Shown here: one piece after another, positions 47,366 through 56,471 of the stretch
Position numbering within the stretch: position 1 is the first letter of the stretch
Layout: every line of letters begins with the position of its first letter
Source of the DNA: an uncultured Candidatus Berkelbacteria bacterium
Lineage (GTDB): Bacteria; Patescibacteriota; UBA1384; CAILIB01
Assembly: GCA_903834195.1 (NCBI GenBank)
Contig: CAILIB010000020.1
Location: 14,084-78,083, forward strand
Direction of reading: 5' to 3'
DNA: 64,000 nucleotides
Program-made: the position numbers and the translations under genes
Notes under the pieces: generated by a model
What the model saw: only the letters and a program-made list of their open reading frames with translations
What the model was told of the DNA's origin: nothing
Databases searched by the model: none

Positions 47366-48745
47366 CTATCTCTGGACTATTTGACCTTCTGAAGTATCAA
47401 GAACTGTGTACCCTAATTGCGTAATTTCTGTACGAATTTGATCTGATAATGCGAAATCGCGGGCATCGCGGGCTGCCTGACGTTTCTCAAGTAATGCAGC
47501 AATTTCAGCTGGAACTTGAATTTGATCATTCTGATCTAAACGAAGCTGTAACACCTGATCAACGTTAGCCAAGAAAGCACGTTTTTCAGCCTTTGAGAGA
47601 TCTCCATTCACAGCATTCCACACCACAGCCATCGCAACTGGCATGTTCATATCTTCAGCAAGTGCTGCATCAAACTCCCCTATAAGCTGGAGCACTTCGG
47701 GCGTAAGCTGATCTTCAGCAGCTGACTGGTACACTGCGCGCAACTTCTTCAATGACTGCTCAGCGACCTGCAACCCATCAAATGTGAAGTTCAACTTACT
47801 GCGATAATTTGCACTATAGGAAAGCAATCTGAGTGCAATTGGGTCATAACCTTTTTCGATAATCTCTGGAATGGTATAGACATTGCCCAATGACTTGGAC
47901 ATTTTGCCGCCATCTACCAGAAGAAACTCACTATGGCACCAAAAACGAGCTAGTGGCTTACCTGTAACGGTTTCACTTTGCGCCATTTCATTTGGATGAT
48001 GCACCATAATATGATCTGCGCCACCACAGTGGATATCAATTGAATCACCGAGTGTAGCTCGAATAATTGCCGAGCATTCGATGTGCCAACCTGGAAAACC
48101 TGTCCCCCACGGACTTTCCCATTCCATGTGACGTTTCCCTGGTTCGATGGAGAACTTCCAGAGGGCGAAATCTGTTTTATTCAGCTTTTCGTCGTTCACA
48201 ACGCGAGCACCCTGCTGAAGGCCAGCAATATCAAGGCGAGCGAGCTCGCCGTAGTATGGTAATTTACTCGTATCAAAATAAATTCCATCAGAAGTGCTAT
48301 ACGTGTACCCTTTTTCTTCGAGTGAGCGAATCATCTCAATCTGCTCACCAATCATATCAGTGGCACGGACGAGTGGTTCAGGCACTTCTAGATTCAAGGT
48401 ATCAAGATCTTTCAAGAAGCGTTCTTCGTAGCGCTTCGCAACGTCCCAGGCGGTAATACCGTCACGACGTGCACCAACTTCCATTTTATCTTCACCATCA
48501 TCACTATCATCTACAAGATGACCAACGTCAGTAACATTCATCACACGTTCAACCTGATAGCCAAAGCGCCGTAATACCTTTACTAGCACATCCTCGAAAA
48601 TGAAGGTGCGGTAGTTACCAATATGTGGATCGCCGTACACTGTTGGGCCACAGGTATACATCTTCACCAAATTAGGGTGAAGCGTCGTGAACTCCTCTGT
48701 AGAGCGAGTAAGTGTGTTGTAGAGCTTAAATGGTACCGTCATCAA
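47366..48745 (-). CDS. cysS: Cysteinyl-tRNA synthetase
   Basis: The N-terminus [12 protein letters not shown]...MYTCGPTVY, the HIGN (HIGH-class) motif, the KMSKSLGN motif and the C-terminal DALR-like domain are present. Confidence 0.9.
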   Translation of the reverse strand: MMTVPFKLYNTLTRSTEEFTTLHPNLVKMYTCGPTVYGDPHIGNYRTFIFEDVLVKVLRRFGYQVERVMNVTDVGHLVDDSDDGEDKMEVGARRDGITAWDVAKRYEERFLKDLDTLNLEVPEPLVRATDMIGEQIEMIRSLEEKGYTYSTSDGIYFDTSKLPYYGELARLDIAGLQQGARVVNDEKLNKTDFALWKFSIEPGKRHMEWESPWGTGFPGWHIECSAIIRATLGDSIDIHCGGADHIMVHHPNEMAQSETVTGKPLARFWCHSEFLLVDGGKMSKSLGNVYTIPEIIEKGYDPIALRLLSYSANYRSKLNFTFDGLQVAEQSLKKLRAVYQSAAEDQLTPEVLQLIGEFDAALAEDMNMPVAMAVVWNAVNGDLSKAEKRAFLANVDQVLQLRLDQNDQIQVPAEIAALLEKRQAARDARDFALSDQIRTEITQLGYTVLDTSEGQIVQR

Positions 48746-48989
48746 ATAAATCGTCGGCAGTTAATGGGGCATCGATTAAGTGACGCGGAATCATGTGAGC
48801 TTTTTGCTTACTTGACCCATCATCGTCTTCATCTACGACAACTTTATCAATTTCAGCGACAATTTCAGCATCTGGATCAAGAGAAGCAGGCTCAGTATCA
48901 AGTACCGCAAGTTCTTCCTCTTCTTGTATATCTTCTTGATCGGCGGCTTCGGTTGGGTCTAGTTCGTCATCAACGGGAGTGGTCGGCAT
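48726..48989 (-). CDS. Small highly acidic hypothetical ORF between recR and cysS
   Basis: An 87-aa D/E-rich ORF that overlaps both neighbours by 20 nt. It may instead be non-coding. Confidence 0.25.
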   Translation of the reverse strand: MPTTPVDDELDPTEAADQEDIQEEEELAVLDTEPASLDPDAEIVAEIDKVVVDEDDDGSSKQKAHMIPRHLIDAPLTADDLFDDGTI

Positions 48990-49617
48990 AGTGCACAGAA
49001 TTACGCCCCTCTAGGGCACGGGCTAAAGTTGTTGGATCAGCATATTCAATATCGCTTCCCATAGGTAGGCCGCGAGCAATTCGACTGATGGTCAGGAGAT
49101 TGCTATCGGTTAACGATTGAAGCTGTTGAGAGATGTATGAGGCTGTTGCCTCTCCCTCAAGCGAAGGATTTGTTGCAAGGATGACTTCCGTCCCCTCGCC
49201 CTTTCCTACGCGCGCTTCAATTCTATGCACTAAGAGCGCAATACGCAACTGGTCAGGGCCAATACCGTCCATTGGCGAGAGCACCCCTCCTAAAACGTGG
49301 TACAGGCCTCGATAACTCCCAGCTTTCTCTAGAGCGATAACATCGAGTGAACCCTCTACAACGCAGATTTGATCGGTATTACGACCAGTATCTGAGCAGA
49401 TTGTACATAGAGTATCAGTAGAGATATGGCCGCATTCTTCACATGGACGTAGCCCTTGCTGCACACCTTCTAATGCTCCAATAAAGCGATTAACGTCAAA
49501 CTGAGAGCGCTGTAAGAGGTGAAATGTTAACCGTGCGGCCATTTTTGGACCAATACCAGGAAGCCGACTAAACGCGTCTATAAGGTTCTGAACTGGCTCA
49601 GGCAGCTTGGCTGACAT
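48970..49617 (-). CDS. recR: Recombination protein RecR
   Basis: The HhH N-terminus LIDAFSRLPGIGPKMAARL, the C4 zinc finger (CEECGHISTDTLCTIC) and the Toprim domain are present. Confidence 0.9.
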   Translation of the reverse strand: MSAKLPEPVQNLIDAFSRLPGIGPKMAARLTFHLLQRSQFDVNRFIGALEGVQQGLRPCEECGHISTDTLCTICSDTGRNTDQICVVEGSLDVIALEKAGSYRGLYHVLGGVLSPMDGIGPDQLRIALLVHRIEARVGKGEGTEVILATNPSLEGEATASYISQQLQSLTDSNLLTISRIARGLPMGSDIEYADPTTLARALEGRNSVHYADHSR

Positions 49618-51646
49618 TCGATACGGCGTTAAATGCTTCTAAACTTGCGTCTTTAAATGGTAACTCAATTTTTTCTGATTCCAAATCTTCAATCTTTTTT
49701 GGAAGTTGTTCCTTTTTCCAAATCGCAAAACTACAACCTGGGTATCCGCTACAGCCGAAGAATACTCCTCGTTTAGCCTTCTTTTCATTAAGTGGTTTGC
49801 CACAGATTGGACAAATGAGACCTGTTGGTTGAGTCACCACAAGTGGAAGAGTGGTTTTACACTCAGGATACTTAGGACACGCTAAAAACCGCCCAAAGCG
49901 ACCATTTTTAATAATCATCATTGTTCCACAGGTTGGACATGGAACATCGCTTTCCTGAGTTGTATCTATACGCTCAATTTTGTCTGTACGCTCCTCAACT
50001 TGAGAATGGAATGGCCCCCAGAATGCTGTAAGTAGACCTTCGTAGTTTTCTTCACCGGTAGCTACTCGGTCGAGTTTTTCTTCCATATCCGCGGTGAAAT
50101 TGAGGTCAACAATTTCTGGGAAGTTATTTTTCAACAGATCTGTAACAATCTTGCCAATATCTTCTGGAATTAGACGACGTTGCTCAACACGTACATACAA
50201 ACGTGCAGTCAACGTGTCGATTGTTGGAGCGTACGTAGAAGGCCGACCAATACCTAATTCTTCAAGAGTCTTGATTAACGTTGCTTCTGAAAAACGTGGT
50301 GGCGGTTCAGTAAAATGCTGCTCAGGAAGTAATTGATTTAAGCTAAGCACCATCCCCTTTTCCAGAAGTGGAAGTAATGTATCTTCTTTACCGTCTTCAT
50401 GAAGTGCAGCGAGAAAACCTGGAAATACAATTCGCTGCCCATTAGCACGAAATACTGCATCTGCTGCTGTAATGTCAGCAGCAGTTTGCTCAAGCGCAGC
50501 TTCAGCCATTTGACTTGCCAGCGCACGACGACGAATCAGATCGTACACCTTTTGACCCTGAACATCGGTTGTAACTTCACTTCCGCGACGTGTTACATCT
50601 GTTGGACGAATAGCTTCGTGAGCTTCCTGTGCCTGTTTTTTGCTCGAATAGTGATTAGGTTTTTCAGGAATATACTGATCACCAAACGAACTTTTCACAT
50701 ACGAACGAATTGCATCTACTGCTACAGAAGCAAGTTCTACTGAATCAGTACGCATGTAGGTAATGTGACCAGCTTCATAGAGTCGCTGAGCCGAGCTCAT
50801 CGCAGACTTGGACGACATTCCCAACTTATTCACCGCATCCTGTTGGAAAGACGAAGTTGTATATGGAGCAGCCGGACGACGCTTAACTTGCTTTACTTCA
50901 ACACTATTCACCGTGTATCCAGCTTTAGATAAGCTTTCAACAATTAACTGCATTTCAGCTTCTGTTTTAATATCAAGCTGTTCTAATTTCTTACCTTTAT
51001 ACTGGCTCAAAGAAGCGGTGAACTGTTCAGCACTACCTGGTGCCTGTAATTCAGCTTTGAGAGACCAATATTCTACTGCATTAAACGCCTCACGTTCACG
51101 TTCACGATCAACTACAAGTCGCAGCGCAGCTGATTGCACACGACCAGCAGATAATCCTTTATAAATTTTCTTCCATAAAACTGGAGAAAGCGTATAGCCA
51201 ACCAGTCGATCCAATACCCGCCGAGCCTGTTGAGCATCAACTAAATCCTGATCAATTGCTCGAGGATGACTAATAGCATTTAAGATTGCAGGCTTTGTGA
51301 TTTCATCAAAAGTAATACGAAAAATCTTTAGGTCAGCACTTTCAGTTAAATCAAGCGCCTGTTTAATATGCCACGCAATGGCCTCCCCTTCTCGATCCAA
51401 GTCAGTTGCGAGATACACAACTTTCTTGCCTTTTACAGCCTCTTTGAGAGCTTTTACAGTTTTACGAGCTTTAAGTGGTACGAGGTATTGTGGAATAAAG
51501 TGATCATCAACATCTACCCCAAGTTTAGAACTTGGAAGATCACGAATATGACCCATACTTGCAACAACTTTATAATTGCTCCCTAGGTATTTTTCGATTG
51601 TTCCAGCTTTTGCTGGTGACTCCACAATTACGATGTTTTCAGCCAT
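49598..51646 (-). CDS. topA: DNA topoisomerase I
   Basis: The Toprim N-terminus IVESPAKAGTIEKYLG is followed by the type IA core and C-terminal Cys4 zinc ribbons (CPTCG..., CPICG...). Confidence 0.9.
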   Translation of the reverse strand: MAENIVIVESPAKAGTIEKYLGSNYKVVASMGHIRDLPSSKLGVDVDDHFIPQYLVPLKARKTVKALKEAVKGKKVVYLATDLDREGEAIAWHIKQALDLTESADLKIFRITFDEITKPAILNAISHPRAIDQDLVDAQQARRVLDRLVGYTLSPVLWKKIYKGLSAGRVQSAALRLVVDREREREAFNAVEYWSLKAELQAPGSAEQFTASLSQYKGKKLEQLDIKTEAEMQLIVESLSKAGYTVNSVEVKQVKRRPAAPYTTSSFQQDAVNKLGMSSKSAMSSAQRLYEAGHITYMRTDSVELASVAVDAIRSYVKSSFGDQYIPEKPNHYSSKKQAQEAHEAIRPTDVTRRGSEVTTDVQGQKVYDLIRRRALASQMAEAALEQTAADITAADAVFRANGQRIVFPGFLAALHEDGKEDTLLPLLEKGMVLSLNQLLPEQHFTEPPPRFSEATLIKTLEELGIGRPSTYAPTIDTLTARLYVRVEQRRLIPEDIGKIVTDLLKNNFPEIVDLNFTADMEEKLDRVATGEENYEGLLTAFWGPFHSQVEERTDKIERIDTTQESDVPCPTCGTMMIIKNGRFGRFLACPKYPECKTTLPLVVTQPTGLICPICGKPLNEKKAKRGVFFGCSGYPGCSFAIWKKEQLPKKIEDLESEKIELPFKDASLEAFNAVSNVSQAA

Positions 51647-52491
51647 TGATTTTGTTTACAGACGATATATCCGTCTATTTCTAATATTGAAAGCGTTGTA
51701 TGAAGGCGAGGAATATCCCAGCCAGTTGTTTGAATGAGCCCTTCAAGGGTATGGATTCCGCGTGAGACCAAATCATAGAGAAGTGCGGGTGACCCTGTCA
51801 AGGCTGGTTTAAGCGGAATTGCTGACTGCACGAGAGTTTCAGTACGATACAGTGCCAATATATCATCAGCTGAAGTAATTGGAGTTGCACCATCTTTTAA
51901 TAGCGCATTTACCCCAACGCTTTGCAGACGGGTTATATCTGAAGGCACCACACAAACAGTTCGTCCTAAATCATGAGCATGCCGTGCAGTAGTTAGTGTA
52001 CCTGATTTTTCACCAGCTTCCACAATGAGTACTACTGAACTTAATGCTGCGACTATCCGATTTCGAGCAGGAAAGTGGTATTGCTGTGGTCCTGTTCCAG
52101 GTGGATACTCGGAGATTACGCAACCTGTGGAACATATTTTTTTATATAATCCACCATGCGAGGCTGGATATATACGATCAAGCGCACTTCCTAAGACTGC
52201 CACACAGCGGCCACCTTCGGCAAGTACCGCACGATGTGCTGCCGCATCAACTCCGTATGCCAAACCTGAAACCACTACGAGTCCTGCTCTAACGAGCGAT
52301 GGGATAAGTAACCGAATTACAGCTTCGCCATAGGAACTTATGTCGCGACTCCCAACAATGCTTATAGCTGGTAACCCAAGAACACTCAAGTCACCATCAC
52401 AATACAAACACTCCGGTACAGGTTTAGCGTGAAGCAAATCACTTGGATACTGTTCAGATGTTGGTGTGAGTATTACTTGGGACATACCCAC
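51628..52491 (-). CDS. dprA: DNA processing protein DprA (Smf)
   Basis: The Rossmann-fold block IVGSRDISSYGEAV...VVSGLAYGVDAAAHRAVL...GVISEYPPGT...ARNRIVAALS is present. Confidence 0.85.
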   Translation of the reverse strand: MGMSQVILTPTSEQYPSDLLHAKPVPECLYCDGDLSVLGLPAISIVGSRDISSYGEAVIRLLIPSLVRAGLVVVSGLAYGVDAAAHRAVLAEGGRCVAVLGSALDRIYPASHGGLYKKICSTGCVISEYPPGTGPQQYHFPARNRIVAALSSVVLIVEAGEKSGTLTTARHAHDLGRTVCVVPSDITRLQSVGVNALLKDGATPITSADDILALYRTETLVQSAIPLKPALTGSPALLYDLVSRGIHTLEGLIQTTGWDIPRLHTTLSILEIDGYIVCKQNQWLKTS

Positions 52492-52522
52492 ACACTACTG
52501 CAGGCACATTCAAATTGGGATA

Positions 52523-54403
52523 CTACTCTACTGACGTATCTTTTGAGAATAGTGTAATCCCCAACTCCCTAGCCTGTTTTCCAATCTCTTCTTGAAGTAA
52601 CTGTGCATATAATAGTAATCCGATAGATTCCATATTTCCGTGCTGCTCATTACCGAGAATATTGCCCCCACCTCGAATTTCAAGGTCACGCAGCGCAATT
52701 CCCCATCCACTACCGAGTACATCAGCTTCCTTTAAAGCATTTAATCTCATCGTAGCAGTTTCAGAAACGCGTAAGCCTTCCGAACTTTCGTAAGGAGACC
52801 TTTCAATTCCACCTGTAAACAAGTATGCATATGCTTGTTTTGCACGACGACCCACTCGTCCACGTAATTGGTATAAATCAGACAATCCAAACCACTCACT
52901 ATGAAGCACTACTAATGTATTAGCATTTGGACAATCCAATCCATGCTCAACAATGCTTGAGGCAATCAGAATATCAACTTCTCCAGCCATAAAATCCCCC
53001 ATTCGCTGTGCCAAAGACTTCTGATGTAACTGTCCGTGTGCAACAGCGATACGTGCATTTGCGTAGGGTGTATCTGCAAGAAGTGTCCGTACCCTATCTT
53101 CTACAGCTGCAATAGATTGCACTCGGTTATGTACAACGTACGTTTGACCACCACGTTCTAACTCATTACAAAGCACAGAACGCAGATGGGCATCTGTATA
53201 TGGCTCAACTTCTGTCTGAATGGCCAAACGTCCTTTAGGGGCCGTTCTGAGCATGCTCAAGCCACGTAATCCAGACAAACTCATCGAGAGTGTGCGTGGA
53301 ATTGGCGTTGCAGAAAGAGAAAGCACATCTAAATGCGGGCGCAATTTCTTCAATTGTTCTTTATGTGCAACACCAAACTTTTGTTCTTCATCCACAATTA
53401 ATAAGCCTAGATCTTTCCAGCGCACGTTTTTACCAAGCAAACTATGTGTTCCAACCGCAATATCAATTGCACCTTCTTCTAAACGCTCACGTACAGATGC
53501 ATCTTTCCCACTGGTTAACCGACTCATATGTGCAACTTCTACCGGAAGAACATCAAACCGTTGTTTTAATAAGTTATAATGCTGCTCAACGAGAACTGTT
53601 GTTGGCGCAATAAAGGCAACCTGCTTTCCAGCTGCCATCACTTCAGCAGCAGCACGTAGCGCAACTTCTGTTTTACCGAAACCAACATCCCCACACAGCA
53701 ACCGATCCATAGGCTGATCAGTATCCTCTAAATCACTTAATATTTCGTTAAGTGATTTACTCTGATCCGAAGTAAGGTCAAATGGCACACTTTTAGCTAA
53801 TGCTTCTAACCATTCACCTGCTCGAGAATAACGAGTGCGTCCAGTTAGTTGCCGCGCTGCATAAATTTTCAAAAGTCCACGCGCAACTAAAATCAGATCA
53901 CGCTGAATTCTTTCTTTAGTATGTGCCCAGGCTTTTGAATATAACCTCGTAAGTCGCGGGTGCCGACTACCAATATACGGCATAAGCCCACCCTGGCGAC
54001 TCAGGGGAACTAACAAGCGATCGTTTCCAGCATACTGCAATGCAATATACTGCTCTTCATTTCCTTCTACGTTTTGTTGCGTTACAACACCTGAAAATAT
54101 ACCCACCCCATGGTACGGATGAACCACATATTCCCCAGGATGAATATCGCCGTGCCCAGTCTTTAATTGGTTAGGAAGCAAGTTCGGAAAGTCAGGAGTA
54201 ATTACCCATCCTTCACCATCCTTCTGTGCAATCTTTTCTAACTCCTCCCCGAAGAAGTGAAGTCGGTACGATATTGGACTTGATACTGGCCAACATTCAA
54301 TCAAATCCCCTCGTACAGCAAACTCACCTGACTTGTGAATAAAGTCAGTTTCGGTATATCCGTGTGAACGGAAAAAGCCAATTAGTTCGCTATAAGAAAC
54401 CAT
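52523..54403 (-). CDS. mfd: Mfd-like transcription-repair coupling factor, truncated form lacking the N-terminal UvrB-homology (D1-D2) modules
   Basis: It begins inside the D3-like segment (GEFAVRGDLIECWP...RLHFFGEEL). The RNAP-interaction motif GEYVVHPYHGVGIF and the SF2 translocase motifs (GDVGFGKTEVA, DEEQKFG) follow, with a short C-terminus. At 626 aa it is far shorter than the roughly 1150 aa of canonical Mfd. Confidence 0.65.
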   Translation of the reverse strand: MVSYSELIGFFRSHGYTETDFIHKSGEFAVRGDLIECWPVSSPISYRLHFFGEELEKIAQKDGEGWVITPDFPNLLPNQLKTGHGDIHPGEYVVHPYHGVGIFSGVVTQQNVEGNEEQYIALQYAGNDRLLVPLSRQGGLMPYIGSRHPRLTRLYSKAWAHTKERIQRDLILVARGLLKIYAARQLTGRTRYSRAGEWLEALAKSVPFDLTSDQSKSLNEILSDLEDTDQPMDRLLCGDVGFGKTEVALRAAAEVMAAGKQVAFIAPTTVLVEQHYNLLKQRFDVLPVEVAHMSRLTSGKDASVRERLEEGAIDIAVGTHSLLGKNVRWKDLGLLIVDEEQKFGVAHKEQLKKLRPHLDVLSLSATPIPRTLSMSLSGLRGLSMLRTAPKGRLAIQTEVEPYTDAHLRSVLCNELERGGQTYVVHNRVQSIAAVEDRVRTLLADTPYANARIAVAHGQLHQKSLAQRMGDFMAGEVDILIASSIVEHGLDCPNANTLVVLHSEWFGLSDLYQLRGRVGRRAKQAYAYLFTGGIERSPYESSEGLRVSETATMRLNALKEADVLGSGWGIALRDLEIRGGGNILGNEQHGNMESIGLLLYAQLLQEEIGKQARELGITLFSKDTSVE

Positions 54404-54456
54404 TTTTTATATTTGTATGAATCTGTATGAATTATTCATATCATACTAAACTAAAT

Positions 54457-54775
54457 GTTGACATACACCCTCCCGTATGGTACAAGTAGAACATACTCGT
54501 TCCTTGCAATAAGGGTCCGTGTATCTATCTACGCCGCCAACGATCTTTGCCCCTCCTTTGGATCGGGTCCCTCGGGACCGGCACGTAGATAGATACACGG
54601 ACCTTTTATATTATATCAAAGCATGAACTTTAACATTTGATTGAATTTCAAGGCAGAACTGAGCATTCGACTGAGGTGTACTATTACATTGAAGGAGAAG
54701 CGGAAGTTCTAACGATGAAATTCGGCAAATGTTAAAGTTCATAATAGAAAAAGCCCTGATTACTCAGGGCTTTTT
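54457..54775 (+). ncRNA. Candidate structured non-coding RNA/regulatory region between rplK and mfd (two long perfect inverted repeats + terminator)
   Basis: A TTGACA hexamer lies at 54457-54462. A 20-bp perfect inverted repeat (54514-54533 and 54584-54603, GGTCCGTGTATCTATCTACG) encloses an inner GGTCCC/GGGACC hairpin and is followed by TTTTATATT. A 17-bp perfect inverted repeat (54623-54639 and 54726-54742, ATGAACTTTAACATTTG) encloses 86 nt with nested GAATTTCA/TGAAATTC and AGAACT/AGTTCT stems. The strand and RNA identity are not established. Confidence 0.3.
54748..54775. terminator. Bidirectional rho-independent terminator after rplK (AAAAA-GCCCTGA-TTAC-TCAGGGC-TTTTT)
   Basis: A perfect 7-bp stem is flanked by an A5 run and a T5 run. 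It lies 16 nt downstream of the rplK stop. Confidence 0.75.
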
Positions 54776-54790
54776 CTAATTCAGAGAGAT

Positions 54791-55225
54791 TTAGTCGACG
54801 ATCTCTACACCCATTGAACGAGCTGTTCCAGCAATAACTTTCATTGCTTGTTCAATATCGCGAGAACTTAGGTCAGGCATCTTTCGTTCAGCAATCTTGC
54901 GAAGCTGTTCTTTGGTAAGCTTACCAATTTTGTCCTTCTTTGGATTTGCAGAGCCTGTCTTGATACCAAGTGCTTCCTTGATAAGAATAGCTGCAGGCGG
55001 TTGCTTCAGTACAAAGTCCATCGTACGATCTTCATAGATCGTAATTTCTACAGGAATGATGGTATCACCCATCTGACGAGTAGCTTCGTTAAACTTCGTA
55101 ACGAACTCCATAATGTTTACACCTTGAGGTCCAAGGGCAGTTCCGACAGGAGGTGCAGGTGTTGCCTTACCGGCGGGACACTGCAATTTCACAATCGCTT
55201 TAACTGGTTTAGTATTTTTGGCCAT
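54791..55225 (-). CDS. rplK: 50S ribosomal protein L11
   Basis: The blocks [37 protein letters not shown] and [13 protein letters not shown] are present. Confidence 0.9.
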   Translation of the reverse strand: MAKNTKPVKAIVKLQCPAGKATPAPPVGTALGPQGVNIMEFVTKFNEATRQMGDTIIPVEITIYEDRTMDFVLKQPPAAILIKEALGIKTGSANPKKDKIGKLTKEQLRKIAERKMPDLSSRDIEQAMKVIAGTARSMGVEIVD

Positions 55226-55240
55226 GATTTCGAGATTTTC

Positions 55241-55834
55241 TTAAATGAGTTTCAACTGGAGATAGTCGAGAGTAACTGGAGTTTCACGACCGAACATTGA
55301 TACGAGCACGCGGATTTTACCCTTCTCATTATCAACTTCATCGATCTTAGCCTGGAAGCCTTTAAGTGCACCGTCAGTGATCTGTACCAGGTCACCTGGT
55401 TGCATTTCAATCTTGTACTTAGGCTCATCCTGGCCCATACGACGCTTAATGCCCTCAATTTCACCTGGAGACATTGGAGTAGGACGAACGCCGAATCCGA
55501 TAAAACCGGTTACATTTGGAGTGTTACGCACTACGTACCAAGAGTCGTCAGTTACAACCATATCTACCATTACGTAGCCAGGGAAGATTTTACGCTCTAC
55601 AGTGCGGCGCTTGCCGTTTTTGATTTCGATCTGCTTCTCAGTTGGAACGAGAACGTCGAAAATCTTGTCTTGCATATTGAGTGACTCAATACGTTGACGG
55701 AGGTTCTGTGCCACCTGATCTTCGTACCCAGCATAGGTATGAATAACGTACCAGTTACGGGCACCAGACTGCTTGCCGGTAGACTTTCCCAGCGAAGGAG
55801 TTGAACTATCAATTTGCTGCTCTTCTGAGGACAT
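55241..55834 (-). CDS. nusG: Transcription termination/antitermination factor NusG
   Basis: The NGN domain (WYVIHTYAGYEDQV...FPGYVMVDM) and the C-terminal KOW (GDLVQITDGALKGFQAKIDEVD) are present. Confidence 0.9.
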   Translation of the reverse strand: MSSEEQQIDSSTPSLGKSTGKQSGARNWYVIHTYAGYEDQVAQNLRQRIESLNMQDKIFDVLVPTEKQIEIKNGKRRTVERKIFPGYVMVDMVVTDDSWYVVRNTPNVTGFIGFGVRPTPMSPGEIEGIKRRMGQDEPKYKIEMQPGDLVQITDGALKGFQAKIDEVDNEKGKIRVLVSMFGRETPVTLDYLQLKLI

Positions 55835-55851
55835 GGGAGAAGATTAGGCGG

Positions 55852-56034
55852 TTACTTTATGATGAATGCCAGAAGTTTGAAGAAGGCGTAATCGAATACA
55901 CCAACTACAACTATCGCGAAGATCAGACCAACAATAACACTCGCAAAGTGCTTCATTACTGTTGGGAATGTTGGCCAAGAAACTTTTTTAAGTTCCGTAG
56001 CTACACCCTGAAAGTACGATGTAATACTGCTCAT
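55852..56034 (-). CDS. secE: Preprotein translocase subunit SecE
   Basis: A 60-aa single-TM protein (ELKKVSWPT...VIVGLIFAIVVVGVFD) immediately upstream of nusG. Confidence 0.8.
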   Translation of the reverse strand: MSSITSYFQGVATELKKVSWPTFPTVMKHFASVIVGLIFAIVVVGVFDYAFFKLLAFIIK

Positions 56035-56387
56035 GCCTCGGTTTTAGCAACTTTAGCTGCTTTGGCGGCTTTTACAGGTGCAATCGAAACAATCTTTACC
56101 TTAGTAATAAGTTGACGATGCCCAAGCGTACGACGCTGGCGCTTCTTTGACTTATAGGTAAAGACACGAATCTTCTTGCCTTTCATCTCTTCAACAACTT
56201 CGCCAGTTACCTGATATCCAGCTACAAGCGGACTACCAAGTTCTACTGATGCTCCGTCGGCAACCATGAGGACACGGTCGAACTGAACGGTTTCACCAGC
56301 TGCTGAGCTAAGTGTTTCGATGGCAATAACTTGTCCCGGTTCGACGCGGTACTGTTTTCCACCGGTTTCAATAATTGCGCTTGCCAT
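56031..56387 (-). CDS. rplU: 50S ribosomal protein L21
   Basis: It begins MASAIIETGGKQYRVEPGQVIAIE and contains GHRQ. An A/K-rich tail follows. It overlaps secE by 4 nt. Confidence 0.8.
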   Translation of the reverse strand: MASAIIETGGKQYRVEPGQVIAIETLSSAAGETVQFDRVLMVADGASVELGSPLVAGYQVTGEVVEEMKGKKIRVFTYKSKKRQRRTLGHRQLITKVKIVSIAPVKAAKAAKVAKTEA

Positions 56388-56471
56388 GTAGAAATATTAC
56401 TTCTGTACAGAACTTTTTACAGTTCTCAATTAAAAAAATTGGCCAATTGGTTTCTGAACTACAATACCAGG

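Noticed and set aside
54534-54603. Possible tmRNA tag-like reading frame (GCC GCC AAC GAT … = AAND…) inside the 20-bp inverted-repeat element
   Set aside because: The frame continues as AANDLCPSFGSGPSGPARR* without the hydrophobic (L)AA end. No tRNA-like 5' GGGG / 3' CCA ends or T-arm were found. tmRNA is therefore not supported.
54640-54725. SRP (4.5S) RNA-like GAAGGAGAAGCGGAAG segment
   Set aside because: It resembles GGAAGGAAGCAGC only loosely. There is no GNRA tetraloop or symmetric-loop partner strand, so it is not called SRP RNA.
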